From: Octopus vulgaris | Taxonomy: Eukaryota | NCBI GenBank assembly: GCA_951406725.2 | Contig: OX597817.1 | Coordinates: 88,226,001 to 88,290,000 of the forward strand | Length of the DNA stretch: 64,000 bases | Reading direction: 5' to 3' | The notes under the pieces: model-generated | What the model saw: only the letters and a program-made list of their open reading frames with translations | The model's database searches: none | What the model was told of the DNA's origin: nothing | In this document: piece after piece, positions 38,653 through 52,099 of the stretch | Position numbering within the stretch: position 1 is the stretch's first letter | Layout: each line of letters opens with the position of its first letter | Made by a program: the position numbers and the translations under genes

Positions 38653-39287
38653 CACTACTAGAATGGCCCCTGCTCTTCGGAGTTGGCAGATCCATTTGGA
38701 ACCGCCACCTAGCCGTCTCTTTTTTTTTCTCGTCACCTATATTATTGTCTGCTTTCTCAGGTTTCGCACTAACTGCTATCTCCAATCCTTCCTACCATAA
38801 CTTCAATCCCCTGAAATTCCCTTCTTTTCCTTATTATTCCGGCAGCCATTAGCTTGTTATTCTTCAAGAACAATATCAATCACAACGCCTATTTCAGAGG
38901 GGCTATGAAGACCACCAGCATAGCCAATTTCCCCGGAGTAAACCATTAAAGAAAAATATGGGAATTGGAAGGCTTTCAAAAAAGTCTGTATCTATTGATA
39001 AATATTTAATGTGAGAGATATAAATAATTATGTGAAAACAAGTCTAATGATAGAATATTAATAATGTTTTTCATAGGCTTACTTTCCTTCACATTACTGC
39101 GATTATTCATATTTCTCTGATGATCAATAGAAACTCACCGTAAGTAAATCCTTCTAGGTTATTCCTCTAAAGTTGTACTATATGTCGTACAACTCCCAAA
39201 ATACCGCTGTTGAGTTCTTTTCTCTCTTTTTTGCTCAGTAACTTTGTATTAGCTTAAGTATTTACATTATTAGAAGGTATTCTAATA

Positions 39288-39475
39288 CGGCGAGCTGTCA
39301 GAATCGTTAGCACACCGGCCACAATGCTTAGCAGCATTTCGGCCGTCTTTACGTTCTGAGTTCAAATTTATCCTAGGTCAACTTCACCTTTTATATTTTC
39401 GAGGTCGATAAAATAAGTCCAAGTTGATGTTATCGACTTATCCCATCCCCCGAAATTTCAGGCCAGAAAAGATCA
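39288..39475 (+). mobile_element. SINE family A
   Basis: CGGCGAGCTGTCAGAATCGTTAGCAC.. family match. Confidence 0.8.
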
Positions 39476-39649
39476 TTAGAAGGCATTCTATGCAAATACA
39501 GTTCAATTTTCAAGGTACTCATTTATTGTAGACTTTTAAAAGAAATTGCTCCAGTTTCTCGGTACCAGCAAACTTCTTATGTTCTTTGGTTAAAGTATTC
39601 GACCAATTCGGACATTATCAATAAATAATTAATACATGGTTATATATTC

Positions 39650-42600
39650 ATTCAGTTTGATGCTTTGCTCAATTATCCAATGAAAACAAGAGACGTTTGG
39701 AACAAGAGACGCAGCGGGTGGAAAATGCTCCTGAGAGCGAAGTACAAAAATGCTTTGGGTGCGTGTGGGAACAAAGGACCCACATCATCCGAGGAAAGAA
39801 GTTTGGAACCACTGAGGTGAGATTTGGGACGGAAGAAGCTAGATGTAATTCTGCAACCACTTTGAGGAATGACAACCTTTTCTTAATCCCCAGCTATCGC
39901 GGCCAACGCCTTGCCAATATTAGGGTGCTGAATGCGCCGCCAAAAATATCCATTACCTGGTTAGTGGCGGCTGTCTTGGCAGGTTTAGAAGACGAAGTCA
40001 CAATAATGGAGGCCAAGAAACTACATAAGCAAAACTGGTTAGGTATAGCTATGGAACAGACTTTGCAATGCAAGCAGGACCATATAGACCAGCTGCCCGA
40101 TCTAATCGGATGGTACTCACCTGTCAGTGTTCATGGGGGGTAGAAAGCCAAGATGCCACACACGTGGACCTGTAAATCCCTTAAAGGCTCCCTGCACTGA
40201 AACAAGGAAAAATAAAGTCCCACTGCTGCCAGCATTGCAAACACCACAAGTGTAAAATCATAAACAAGTGCTCAAGACTCCTACACCTACTCCCACACCT
40301 ACGCTTACACCCACTTCCAAACCAAGACAAAGAAGGTGTCTATCCTCTGTTACCACGGAAAAGCAAGTTTCTCCTGAATGCTCTTCCTCACAAACCAACA
40401 TCAATTGCAATGACATAGAGACCGAAGCGCTGAACGATCAATGGATCACAGCCACAAAACGGGTGTAGGCGAAAGAGGAGGATGGTACATAGCCCTACTC
40501 CAAGAAATCAACAAAAACTTATTCTGAAACCACAACTGCAACACAATTCACAACAACTCCAACAAAAACTGAAAGAACAAGATCAACAACTTCAAAAACA
40601 GCAACATTATCAACAACAGTATGAAATCACAGAAATACAGAACCAACCAATTACAGAACTTCAAAGATATTCATCAGACTGTAGACGAAATGTATCCATC
40701 AATTTCACTGTTGTGGATAAGTGTAACAATGAATTGATGGATTTTGTAAGTCAAAACAAAAACAAAATAGAGACAGAGGGAAAGGAATTTGAGGATTTCA
40801 TCCTCAAAACACCCAAGGACAGACTTTTAATTAAAACGTTGTCAGACGTTTATAAAATTATAATCGAAAAATTTCCAGCTAGTGTGGGAATTTTAAAAAA
40901 TAAATCTGTTGATAAAAGACTGTTGAAAGGGCCTTTTAAAAAATTTTCGCCAGTAGAGAGGCTCAGAACTTCCGGGTTTCTCGAAAATCATGATAAATAG
41001 CCTCTTCATTTTCTTTCTCCGACTAGCATGGCTGTGTTGAGAATGAGGTGTGTGAATGTGCGTGAACTGGCATCAGCTTAGAAGGAAGGTTACTTGCTCA
41101 ACGATCTCAGGTCACTTGATTTGAATGTGGCTGCCATTAGTGAAACAAGGATTTCTGGAAAGCACGATCTAGCATCCATTTTCGATGACTACGAGGTATT
41201 CTCATCTTGTGGTCTATCGGGAGCAGGCAGCAGTGTAGCAGTGCTACTCCAGAAATCCTTAGATCTCCAAGTACGGTCTATCTTCCTGGACCCGGATGGT
41301 AGGGTGGTGGTCCTGGACGTGAATGGCAGCGAAGGTGGTGCCTTTAGACTGGGAACGTCTCGCACTCTGGTACTAGTGGGGTACTAGAATAGTATTTTAG
41401 ATGCACGGAAGGACTATATGGGTCTAGTACATAGTTGAAGGGGATGTAAAAGCCTCGAAAACCTGCTCAGGACTTTCCAGGTTTCTGACAGATAACGACT
41501 GTATTTCCTTGATGTGCCAGTGTGGACATGGAGCAACCACAGCAGGTCATCCAGATCGTATTTAGATAGAGTATTTGTTAGGTCAGAGGATAGGGATAGC
41601 ATAGGTTGTCCACAATTTAAATTGGTCTGCTACACAGATGACAAATTTGTGATATGCTCAGTCGATTTAGATAGGACCCGTAGACAGGGACCCGGTTACT
41701 GGAAGCTAAATTCGTCCTTATCGGCTCACAAAGACTACAGGGACCGGATTAGCGAACTAGTTAAGCGGCAGTTGATGGGAGCTATCGTCAACAACCGGTG
41801 GTGGATCGCTCTGAGGAGAGCGATTAGAGTATAATCAATAGCGTTTAGCAAAGATTTAGCAATAGAAATAAATAAATTGGATAGAGAACTAGTTAGCAAA
41901 CTAGAAGAGGCTATTAGTAAAGGTATCGCGTGTTAGCAGCGAGAATGATATTTGGCTATTTATTTCAGGCGGAACATGAAGGTTGCGCTGTCAGAGTTAA
42001 GTCCCGTGCGCCAAATCACGAAGGAACTGAAGCCGTCCGATGGGGCCGAACGGTAGAGACGCGACGTGGAAACAAAACTACGGTCAAGTCTTTGACGGAT
42101 CAGAACGGACGTGTATTACTCGGTTCTGGGCAGATGTGTGCGGCTTTGCCGCAGCACTTTGCGCGGCTGTTTGGGGAGGGTGATGAGTCGACGACGGTAG
42201 CGAACTTTACTTCGTACCTAGACGATCTACCACAGCTTTTGGTGACTGACACGAGATTCTACAAAAGCCGATTACAGCCTCTGAAATACGGGAGGCGATG
42301 AGCGATTTCACAAGTCGCAGATCGTCCGGTTTGGATGGTCTGCCCTAGAAATTCAATGTTTTCATGTCAGATTTGTTTTGCAGCCTCTTGGCAGTAACTG
42401 GCAACAGAACTGGGGAATTCCTAGTGCTGTTAGCCGAGGAATAGTAATACTGCTGAGAAAGGACGCTGATAATGGGGACCTGCTAGGGAATTTCCGACCC
42501 ATAAATCTGCTAAACACAGAGTTTAAGATTTTGGCCAAGGTGTTAGCGAAAAGGTTGGCTCTTGTCATTGGTAGTCTGGTCGGGAAGGTACAAATGAGCG

Positions 42601-44623
42601 CAATCCCGAGCAGGTCTATCCACGACAACCTCCACCTTGTGCGATACATCGTAGAGAGCTGGGATTAAAGCTGGCTTCGGTGGGGCCCTGATCAATTTAG
42701 ATCAGTAGAAAGCTTTCGATAGGGTAATCTGTCGCTACTTGGAAGCCGTCCTTAAAGCGGCCGGTTTCGGACCCATTTTCAGCGGCTGGATTGCACAGCA
42801 GCACCTGCTCGGTGGTCAACCTATCGGAACCGTTTAGTATTGCACGTTCAGTCCGTTAGGGCTGCCCACTGTCATCTCTTCTGTAATAACTGGCTCTCGA
42901 GTCCCTGCTGCGGAAGTTGGAACAGTTAAGAAGCTTCCCTTTCAAAACTGGACTCGGGAGGATAGTGTCTGCATACACGGACGAGGTCACTGTCATAGTG
43001 TCGAACGCCTAAGAACTGGAGACGGTCGGCTCCATTGCAAAGGAATCTGAGTCGGTTGCAGGAGCTAAAATCAATGCTGACAAGTCGGTGGGAATGCGTT
43101 TGGGCATCTAGAGAGGCAGATCGATGCCGTCAGACGTTGGACTGACGGACCAGTTAAACTGCTCGGGGTCTGGTTTCGTCCCGACCGCCAGGTGGATAAG
43201 AATTGGGAAGAGGTGAAGAACAGGGTGACCTCTCTTACCCAGAAATGGGCAGAGAGGAAGTTGTTCCAGAAAGGTCAGGCAGAGATGGCGAATGCCTACA
43301 TCACCTCTGTCATTATTTATCGTCTAACCGTCGTGCCTTGCCCCAGTTACTGCTTGATTAGATCGGAGCGTATCCTGTTTATTTTCTTGTGGAAGGGACG
43401 TGTTCCAATGGTCAGGCGGTCGGTCTACTGCCAACTTTCTTTGCATGGTGGCTTAGGCATGCCATGGCATTTAATTCGCGATTTTTAGAAAGTGAATGTG
43501 TGTAACGATTTTTAGGTGAACGTGTGCAGCGATTTTTAGAAGGTGAATGTGTGTGGGATCTGTTTGTGAGAAACGCCTTTCCACAGCCCGTCTCCTTGAC
43601 GGAGCTGCATTCCTGGGTAAAGGGTAGGCCTAGACTGGGCACCTTGCGTTTAGAATGTCGTCAGGCACTCACTATCCTCTATAAGTCGGTGGATGTTTCA
43701 CTTTAGATATTTACAGAGGATTAGTAGCGGGGAAGTGCGACGACGCCCTCGGGGAGAGCCTAGGTGGCGACGAAGACGAACTGGCAAGTCTATTCCGGAG
43801 AACTTTCCGGTTAGGGACTGTCGTGGATAATTTCCAGATGTCTTTGGCCTGACAATGCTACCGAGGAGCTATACCGGTTCGAGATAAGCTCTACAGGCAC
43901 GGATGTGCTGTCAGGCGGGCACGTGCGAGGTGCTCGCAGAGCGACGAAACCATCCTGCATGCTCCCGTTCAGTATCCGAGCATTACTGACTTGTGGAGTT
44001 ATGTCGAACAGCTGCTGTCGCGTGTAGGACAGATCCGTCTGTCAGCCGAGTCCATAAGGATGATTACCTCGCCGCCCTCCTTTAATCGGGCTAGCAAGGT
44101 AGTTTTCCTTTGTCTGGTGGTTGTGGCGAAATAGGTTATCTGGTGGACGAGGCTGAAAGGAATGAGGACAGAAATATTCCTCTTTGGTAAAGCCCTCATC
44201 GACTTTTTCAAGTTTCACTTGAAAAGGAAAGTGAGGGTGGAGAGGGAGGTGCTGTTCTCGAGTGAATTTATGAAAAGGTGGGTGAAAGTTGCGAAAATAG
44301 CAAGAGTGGATGGTACCATTCTCAGTGTAGACTTGAGAGTTGGATGAAAGAAGTTAGAGAGGGCTCTCGTCCTTAGTATTCAGGGTGATCTTGGATGGTG
44401 GGGTTTCTTGATTATCCCTAGAGGTCCTCCTATATCAGGAGGATACCATCACGATCACTTGTTCCCCCTTTTTCTAGAGTCATATACTATGTATACTTCC
44501 CTTCTTCTAATGTACAGCGTATATACTTTTTATTTTAACATTCTATTATATGTAAACCCCCACACTTTATATCTGTCTTTGTATTGTCCCCCTCATCCTT
44601 CGCCCTGGTGACAAATAAAAGAA

Positions 44624-44677
<54 letters not shown>
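39650..44677 (+). mobile_element. Full-length but decayed L1/Tx1-clade LINE (ORF1 ~39680-41000, ORF2 ~41028-44347)
   Basis: APE motifs VNVRE(G)L, AAISET, SYLDRVF, GPGYWKLN; RT motifs NFRPINLLNTEFKILAKVLAKRL, YTDE; GGLG; many stops and frameshifts; AATAAA at 44614; (ATT)n tail. Confidence 0.92.
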
Positions 44678-44679
<2 letters not shown>

Positions 44680-44892
44680 GGCGGCGAGCTGGCAGAATCG
44701 TTAGCACGCGAGACGAAATGCTAAGCGGTATTCCATCTGTCGCTACGCTCTGAGTTCAAATTCCGCCGAGGTCGTCTTTGGCTGTTATCCTTTCGGGGTC
44801 GATAAATTAAGTACCAGTGAAACACTGGGGTCAAATTATTCACCACCACCCCAAAAAAAAAATTACTGGCCTTGTGCCAAATTTTGGAATCA
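44680..44892 (+). mobile_element. SINE family A, full length
   Basis: GGCGGCGAGCTGGCAGAATCGTTAGC..GAGTTCAAATTCC..CATCC/TATCCTTTCGGGGTCGATAAATTAAGTACCAG. Confidence 0.9.
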
Positions 44893-46759
44893 TTATTAAA
44901 ATAAATAAATTATTATTACAATCCACATGTCTAATAATTTAAATTGAATTGTTTGTCTACAATAACATACGTACTTCTCTACCTTGGATTCAGTCAATTT
45001 CATGTCATACTACTGTTAAGTAGAAAATATGTCCGTAAACTATATTTTGCAGAATGTCATTGACTGCCAGAAAACGTCTAATGTCTTAAAAACTGTGGTA
45101 ATGGTAGAGATCTGCACATAAATTTAGTTATCGTGTGATGACCATGTCATGGTAAGGTGAACATAAATATTTGTAGACAACATCTAGCAAGCAAAATTTT
45201 CCGGGGTTGGCATTCCTTTGCCTGCATAGTTATACTATCACTTTGTTGCATCCCATTTTATAGGGCAGGAGAAATAAGTTTTAATTATCAATAACCAATG
45301 GACGATTAGCGTTTTTCTACTTTCTCTGGCGTTCCTAATCAGATGGTTATCAGCCATTTTCCTCACCATTCTTCAAATTTTAAAGCATAATTTGTCATCA
45401 CAGTACTAGTGTACTGTTCAGATTCAACAGTCCTTAGGACTACACTTGCGTGCATACATGCACTCCCACACGTCACTCCAAGGATTCCACACACACACAC
45501 ACACACACACACCACACACACACGTACACACACGCACGCACGCACACACGCATGCACACACACGTACGCACACACACACTCACACACGTTTTTTCCCAAA
45601 CATCGGTATGACATCTTCCACTTGTGTAAGTTGAGCGTTCAGTTGCAACATATGTAGATGAAGAACGCCGACTTCACTAGGTCGTCTGCTCCGAATTATT
45701 TAGGGAAGCTCTCTAATACTTATCCTACAATAGAAGCCATATTTCTTAACGTATACGCATATCTTTTTGCCTGTTATGATTTGTGTTCCATTTGAATTAG
45801 ACCCACTCACTTATACCCAAGAGGTAAGCAGAAAATATATCTTCATCCGTATTTTCCACTATCAGCTTATTTTAACTTTAGCTGTATTTCTAAAGTTGTT
45901 GCGTATAATTGCTTAAAAAACAACAAAAATATTTCATGCGTTTGCAATTTCCGATTGATGCTTAGAATCGATTTGCATTAGTAAGAAATCTGTAACCCTT
46001 TCCCAGAGATGTTTAGGCATGATTCATTATTGAAAATCAAGTTTTGTTGATTCTGTGTCAAATAAACACTTCAGTCACAAATGACAGTCTTCGTTGCAAA
46101 CTTCAGAAGTTTGGTTTTACTAAGATTTTCGGAGTTAACACCTCTATTTATTTCCTAGAAAGAAAACAATGACAATATGCAATATGCATATGCATGTAAT
46201 ATTTGAATGAGTTTAGTAAGATTTTTAGAGAAAATATATATCTTTCTCTTCGTTTACTTCATTCTATTTTGCTTAATATACAAAAAAAAAGCAATATAAA
46301 GAAAGAGTTCAGACCGACAAAAGTTAAGTTTTTTTGAAGAGATGTAGCGAATTTCATTCAACATTTACTATATGACCTCTTAGTTATCCATTTCGTGCAA
46401 TCGACCCATTTGAATTATTTCCCCTAGATCATTTTATTTAGTTTTAATAATGCAAATTAATTTATCAAAAATTATTTTCTACAATTAATGCGTGTAAAGA
46501 ATTTTTGTCAATTAATCAACCAGGCTTACATAGAATAGGTTTTGCTGATGAAGTCTAACAAACAGAAACATGTACGTAGATTTCCTTTTGCTTACAAGAT
46601 CAGACTTTCGTTCTTTCTAAGTAAATTAACAGATTATTTTCTAATTTCTTCAAATTATCTCCCTTTTTTTTCTTATCCAAATTTATCATTGGTGTATTTC
46701 TCTTTATTCACATTATTTTTGTCTTTTTTTTAATTGTCAACTTGATTTCCTTTCATCTT

Positions 46760-47110
46760 GTACATGCTTCAGTCAATAGACTGCAGCTATGCTAGTGCAC
46801 CACCTTGAAAGGTTTTTGTACATATTTTTATAAAGTCTTGGACTGTTTCTATCGGTTCCTTTTCGCCGAACAGCTAAGTTACAGGGATGTAAACAAACCA
46901 ACACTGGCTGTCAAGCGGTTGTGGGACACAACCACATACACGCACACAAACATACACACACACACACACGACGAGCTTCTTTCGGTTTCCCTCCACCAGG
47001 TCCACTCACGAGTTTTGGTCGGCTTGGCACTATATTAGAAGGCACTTGTCCATGCAGTCGAACTGAACCCAGAACCATGTGGGTGGGAAGCAAAACTTCT
47101 TACCACACAT
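46760..47110 (-). mobile_element. SINE family B, diverged
   Basis: Reverse-complement match to head, core and tail. Confidence 0.75.
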
Positions 47111-47237
47111 CGAATAGATTTTTCCCCTTTTATGAAAATGATTCGAAACAAATAAAGAATATTCTAAGCTGTTAAGAGTGATGATCCCGGTTCAAATTCA
47201 AAAAGATTTACGGCATATGTTCTTTTCTTTTTATCAG

Positions 47238-47361
47238 GAAACAAAGAATCTGTAAGCCGTTTAAAAATGGCTTCAACTATGGAGAACTGGAAAATCTTCA
47301 GAATGATATTGAAAAGAAATTTCGACACTTTTTTATCGCTTCTGAAATCTTCGAAGAAAGA
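47238..47361 (+). other. Candidate internal exon (unknown transcript)
   Basis: Strong acceptor TCTTTTCTTTTTATCAG and donor GTAAGT; 124 nt; two open frames; no recognised protein. Confidence 0.4.
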
Positions 47362-47920
47362 GTAAGTATTAAAAATGAAATTTTTTTTTTTTTTATATAT
47401 ATATTGATAAAATCATTTGATATTTTTTACTGAAGAATCGGGCGTTTTCTTCCATTCAAGAATCATCTAAATATGGAATAATCTTATGTAAAAATCGTTA
47501 TATAGGAATAACGAATACATTGCCTAGATTTTTACATTTTCGAATCGACGCTTATATTAACAAGAAGGTAATTAGCAAGGCTAGTCAGTATAAGTGTAAT
47601 TAATGTAGAATAGTAGCACAATTATTCAGATTCTGCCAATCAAATATATTGTTTACGATAAAATTGTTGTTTAGTCTTGGGTCAACCTTAATGAAACAAA
47701 CCTATGATCAAAAGCATTCACGCCGTGAGATATCCCGCCTCTTCCCTATGTGGAGAGTACGTTCTTTTCTTTGATGGCAGGCAAACATTTGAGAGATTTT
47801 TAGTTGCTGTTTCTGGCAGATCGAGCAATGACGTACAGGTTCCCACGTTTGCTTGTTATAGTATAATTAATGGTAATTAGTGTGAAGATTTAAAACATAT
47901 CAACAATGATAATGACTTAC

Positions 47921-48073
47921 TTTGTAGCGTAGTGGAAAGGGCTACGCTCATAGCTTTCGAAGGCCTCGGTGTTAGTTGAGATGGAGGCGATTGAATGACA
48001 TCTTGAACAGCTGCAAGTTAACGACCGTAGAAAAAAACATAGACTGTGGGGAAAGTTCGGAAAACTGAATATT
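47921..48073 (-). other. Candidate minus-strand exon, possibly containing a start codon (MSVALSTTLQ)
   Basis: Acceptor TTCTTCTTTTTCAG and donor GTAAGT on the minus strand; ATG at 47951. Confidence 0.35.
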
Positions 48074-48902
48074 CTGAAAAAGAAGAACTGAATGAAGTAG
48101 TTTTTGCGGGGTCTGACGTTGGGGTGGGGTAATAAGGGCGATGGGTGGAGGGGAGGGGAGTTAATAGAAACAACCCGAGTGAAGTTAGTACGAACCAACC
48201 AGCTCCGAAGAGCAGAGGACTCTATGAATATGATTGTCTCTTGTAGTCCGAGAAAGAAGGTTTATAATGATCAAATGTTTGTGTTGTACATTAGCGCACG
48301 CCCTTCGTCAAGTCGAGTTGGTTTTTTGTGGTTTACGATATTTGTATGGTAGCGCCGGATCTTTTTGAGGGAGTAATAATTCAATGTGGATCTCATTCAA
48401 GCTTTGTATATTTTAGAAAACAACGATATCAGAGATATCACTCTGTGAATGATAGAACAGATTAAAGGCAACATTGAAACAGGATGTTCAATGTTTGTAT
48501 GATGGAAGCTGAATGGGTCTTTCCCGGCACGCCAATCTTACAGAAACACAAATTGCGAATTATTAAGGCAGGCGTCCACGGGGGCAATGGGTTCGCCCTT
48601 AAAAGAACGATTGAAGTGGAATCTATAAGATTTAGAAAAGAAATGACGATAGACAAAACTAGAATAAAGGGAAATTTAATTATAAACTTGAAAGAGACAC
48701 TATGAATGGTATTGCGACAGACGTGCTTGCGGTGAGACTGGTCCTTGATAAATTATTCAACGCAAGCAACATAGGCTGCGTCGTCAGATTAGACACGAAG
48801 GGACGAAAGCCGCTCAACGTATTCGAGTGACAGAGATGCAATATGTAAAGAAAACCACAATTCGGTCTTTTGCAGAATATGATGAGCGCATGTTATTCAC
48901 GT

Positions 48903-49200
48903 GGAGGCGCAATGGCCCAGTGGTTAGGGCAGCAGACTCGCGGTCGTAGGATCGCGGTTTCGATTCCCAGGCCGGGCGTTGTGAGTGTTTATTGAGCAAA
49001 AACACCTGAAGGCTCCACGAGGCTCCGGCAGGGGGTGGTGATCCCTGCTGTACTCTTTCTCTCACTCTTTCTTCTGTTGGCCTGCTCGCTTAGCCAGCGG
49101 GGTGGCGTCATTCAAAGGCTAAAACAATGCGAACGCATTGTGACCAGCGATGTGTAACAACATCTGATGGTCTGGTCGGTCACGTGATGTGATGTGATGA
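48903..49200 (+). mobile_element. tRNA-derived SINE family D
   Basis: A box TGGCCCAGTGG, B box GGTTTCGATTCC, non-tRNA body, (GTGAT)n tail into (TA)n. Confidence 0.8.
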
Positions 49201-49780
49201 TATATATATATATATATATATATATACGTACAAATACTCGCACACATATACAGGCGTGGACAATATTATTTTCAACCGATACGTTACAACCGCATGTGAT
49301 TATTCAAGTGCTTCAATTCTGTGTATGTACATATATTTACTCGATTGCCGACATTTAATATTCGGTACTCCTTTTGTTTTGATGCGCCATTTTCTATCAT
49401 TGGCATATTTGACGACACGGGAATATTAAGCTATCGTACGCTTGAGTGCTTTCTAAGCTCAAATGTTGGGTTTGGTTTCAGTTAATGTCTTTTTATGTTT
49501 TTCTTTTGCTATTTACAAGTTTTTTCATCAAAATATTTCAGTTGTGACAATTCCATCTATTTGTATATCTAAAACAATACGATCTTACATGTCCTTCTTT
49601 TTGTAAAGTCAGTAGCACATGCTTTGAGAGGAATTTGGCTGTTATTTCTGGCCGGTCGATCGTCCTACAGTGATTCACTTACTGAGTCGCATAATATTTA
49701 TGCAGAGGGGCATTTAGAAGGTTGCTCGACTGGGTTTGGATATGTAGCGTACGCTTAGTGAAATTCTCTCTCTCTCTCTC

Positions 49781-50409
49781 TGTTATATATAACATAAATA
49801 CGGACGTAGCAGATAACAGCTAGTCTTCGGCCGTTGGACCCTGTTGTGTCCACTACTCTGATTGGTTGGTATTGGCGCAATTTGGCTCTTGCTATATTAC
49901 GCGCCAATATGCAACCCAACCAATTGCAACCTTCCGATTAGGTTCCGTGACACAGTCTTCTAAATCTTCGTTGGATCCTCCTAGTCCCTATAAAAGCTAG
50001 TCACAAGAAACTGTATTTCATCTTTGGTTCTAGACCTTCTAAAGTCTAACCACTGACCACAGAGCACACAGCCAGTTCCAGCGACAGACAACACCAGCAG
50101 CTTTTAGGACCTCCATCAACGTCGCCAACAACATTCGCTCAGGTTTAACTCCTCACTGTTTGTGAATTACTTCACCGTGGTTAACAGAAAGTACTACCTG
50201 CGAGATCTTCCTGTATCAAGTAACCGGCAGCCACAACCTCTTACACGACACGTGCAGTAACCGGCTCTGCTTTTACGCCACAACTTCTTGTTACAGCTCT
50301 TCAACTATTGTGTACCTTACTACGAACTGGTATTTATCTTCATTGTGTCTGAACTTCTAGCGTCCTTTCTATGCTCTGTATTTTACCTATTTGTAGGGTT
50401 AATCCGTAA
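49781..50409 (+). mobile_element. Probable solo LTR
   Basis: Starts TGTTA after (CT)n; CCAAT motifs; TATAAAA at 49989; terminal CA and TSD not clearly seen. Confidence 0.45.
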
Positions 50410-50479
50410 ATAATAATAATAATGATTATGATAATGATGATGACGATGCTAATGATAATAACAACAATAATAATTATAA

Positions 50480-51238
50480 TAATGGTTTCAAATTTTGCCA
50501 CAAGGACAGCAATTTCGGGGGAGGGGATGAGTCGACCCCAGTGTTCAACTGGTACTTATTTTATCGTCCTCGAAAAGGATGATTAATGCTTTCAAATTTT
50601 GTCACAAGACCAGCCATTTTCTGGGAGAGGGGACTAGTCGATTACAGCGACCCCAGTGTTTCACTGATACTTAATTTATCGAACCCGAAAAGACGAAAGG
50701 TAAAATCGACCTCGGCGGAATTTGAACTCAGAACGTGAAGACGGACGAAATGCCGCTAAGCATTTTGCCCGGCGTTCCAACGATTCTGTCAGCTCGCCGC
50801 CATAATAATAATAATAATAATCCTTTCTACTATAGGCACAAGGCCTGAAATTTTGGGAGACGGGAATATCGATTACATCGTCTCCAGTACTCAACTGGTA
50901 CTTAATTTATCGAACTCGAAAGGATGAAAGACAAAGTCGACCTCGGCAGAATTTGAACTCAGAACGTGCAGACGGATTGCCGCCTCATCAATAATATAAT
51001 GATTTCTTTTATAGGTCACACGAGCCCAGGACAGGGAGAACGATATCGAAGGAGGAATTACAGCACACAAACAAAACTAAAACAAAACATACAAAAACAG
51101 GTGGGCTTTACATCAATCAAAGGGACAGCCTACCACATAAAAGGATATAGCAGAGGATATATATAATAGAAATTAGAGAAATAAATAAATAGTTAAATAA
51201 AATTCTCAATAGCAGGGCACTCAATAATGATAATAATG

Positions 51239-51275
<37 letters not shown>

Positions 51276-51420
51276 TAATAATCCTTTCTACAATAGGCAC
51301 GAGGCCTGAAATTTCGGTGGAGGAGCTAAGTCGATTACATCGACCCTCCTGTACACAACTGATACTTATTTTATCGACCCCGAAAGGATGAAAGGCGGAA
51401 TTTGAACTCAGAACGTAAAA
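50480..51420 (-). mobile_element. Cluster of tandem SINE family A copies separated by (ATT)n
   Basis: Copies at ~50480-50800, 50820-50990 and 51280-51420. Confidence 0.85.
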
Positions 51421-51740
51421 CTCTTAAAGTCCCCACTTCTACTTTGAGAGGCTCCCACACCTCCTGGGTTCTGAAAGCAGTCTTACTTTGATTTTCCATC
51501 TTTCTGTCCGAGGTCCTGCCCGTTATCTTTTATGAATAGACATCTGAAAGTGACATGTTTCAATTATCAAAATAAAAACACCTAAAGCGTAGTAAACTTT
51601 AAAAAAAGAAAAAGATCGCAGCAAAACAAACAACAGGTGCGCGAGATAGAGAGAAAAAGAAGTAAACGCTTTGTATCCATTAGAAACTGTTGTTTTGTAA
51701 CAGTTCGGAGACCAAGAGGGCTAATTTGTGTGGCCTCATC

Positions 51741-51750
51741 TGATTGGTTA
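51741..51750 (-). promoter_or_regulatory. Candidate CCAAT box ~95 bp upstream of the MYLIP-like ATG
   Basis: TGATTGGTTA (reverse TAACCAATCA) fits the NF-Y consensus. Confidence 0.35.
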
Positions 51751-51841
51751 TCAAGTAAGCGACTTGCTTCTCGCCGTCTGAGAGAGAGAAATTGTAATTT
51801 GATTTCATATTAATTTTGGTGTTTATTAATGGTTCCCCAGG

Positions 51842-51934
51842 ATGAGAATCCGGTGCCTGGTTTCGGACGCAAGCGACGTGATCTACGAAGTTCTACTTCA
51901 CCAGAAGGCGAAGGGCCAAAATTGCCTCGATCAA
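51842..51934 (+). CDS. MYLIP: First coding exon of a MYLIP/IDOL (DNR1)-like FERM-RING E3 ubiquitin ligase
   Basis: MRIRCLVSDASDVIYEVLLHQKAKGQNCLDQ followed by GTAAGC (phase 0); resembles the MYLIP FERM N-terminus (C.V....V..EV....KA.G..CL.Q); later exons not found in the window. Confidence 0.8.
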
Positions 51935-52053
51935 GTAAGCAGAATTCTTTATTGAAGCAGCATTCTTTTCTCATATCGTAAAAGCTTTATTTATCAATCT
52001 AGTCGATATACCCGTACATAAAAATGCGTATAAATACATACATACATACAAAT

Positions 52054-52099
<46 letters not shown>

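Noticed and set aside
37225-38950. Possible decayed minus-strand LINE (YWRALHGK, LPTPKSRG)
   Set aside because: Only isolated short motifs with no continuous domain; may be chance.
48903-48978. tRNA gene
   Set aside because: A and B boxes are present, but there is no proper cloverleaf or terminator and it continues into a SINE body and tail.
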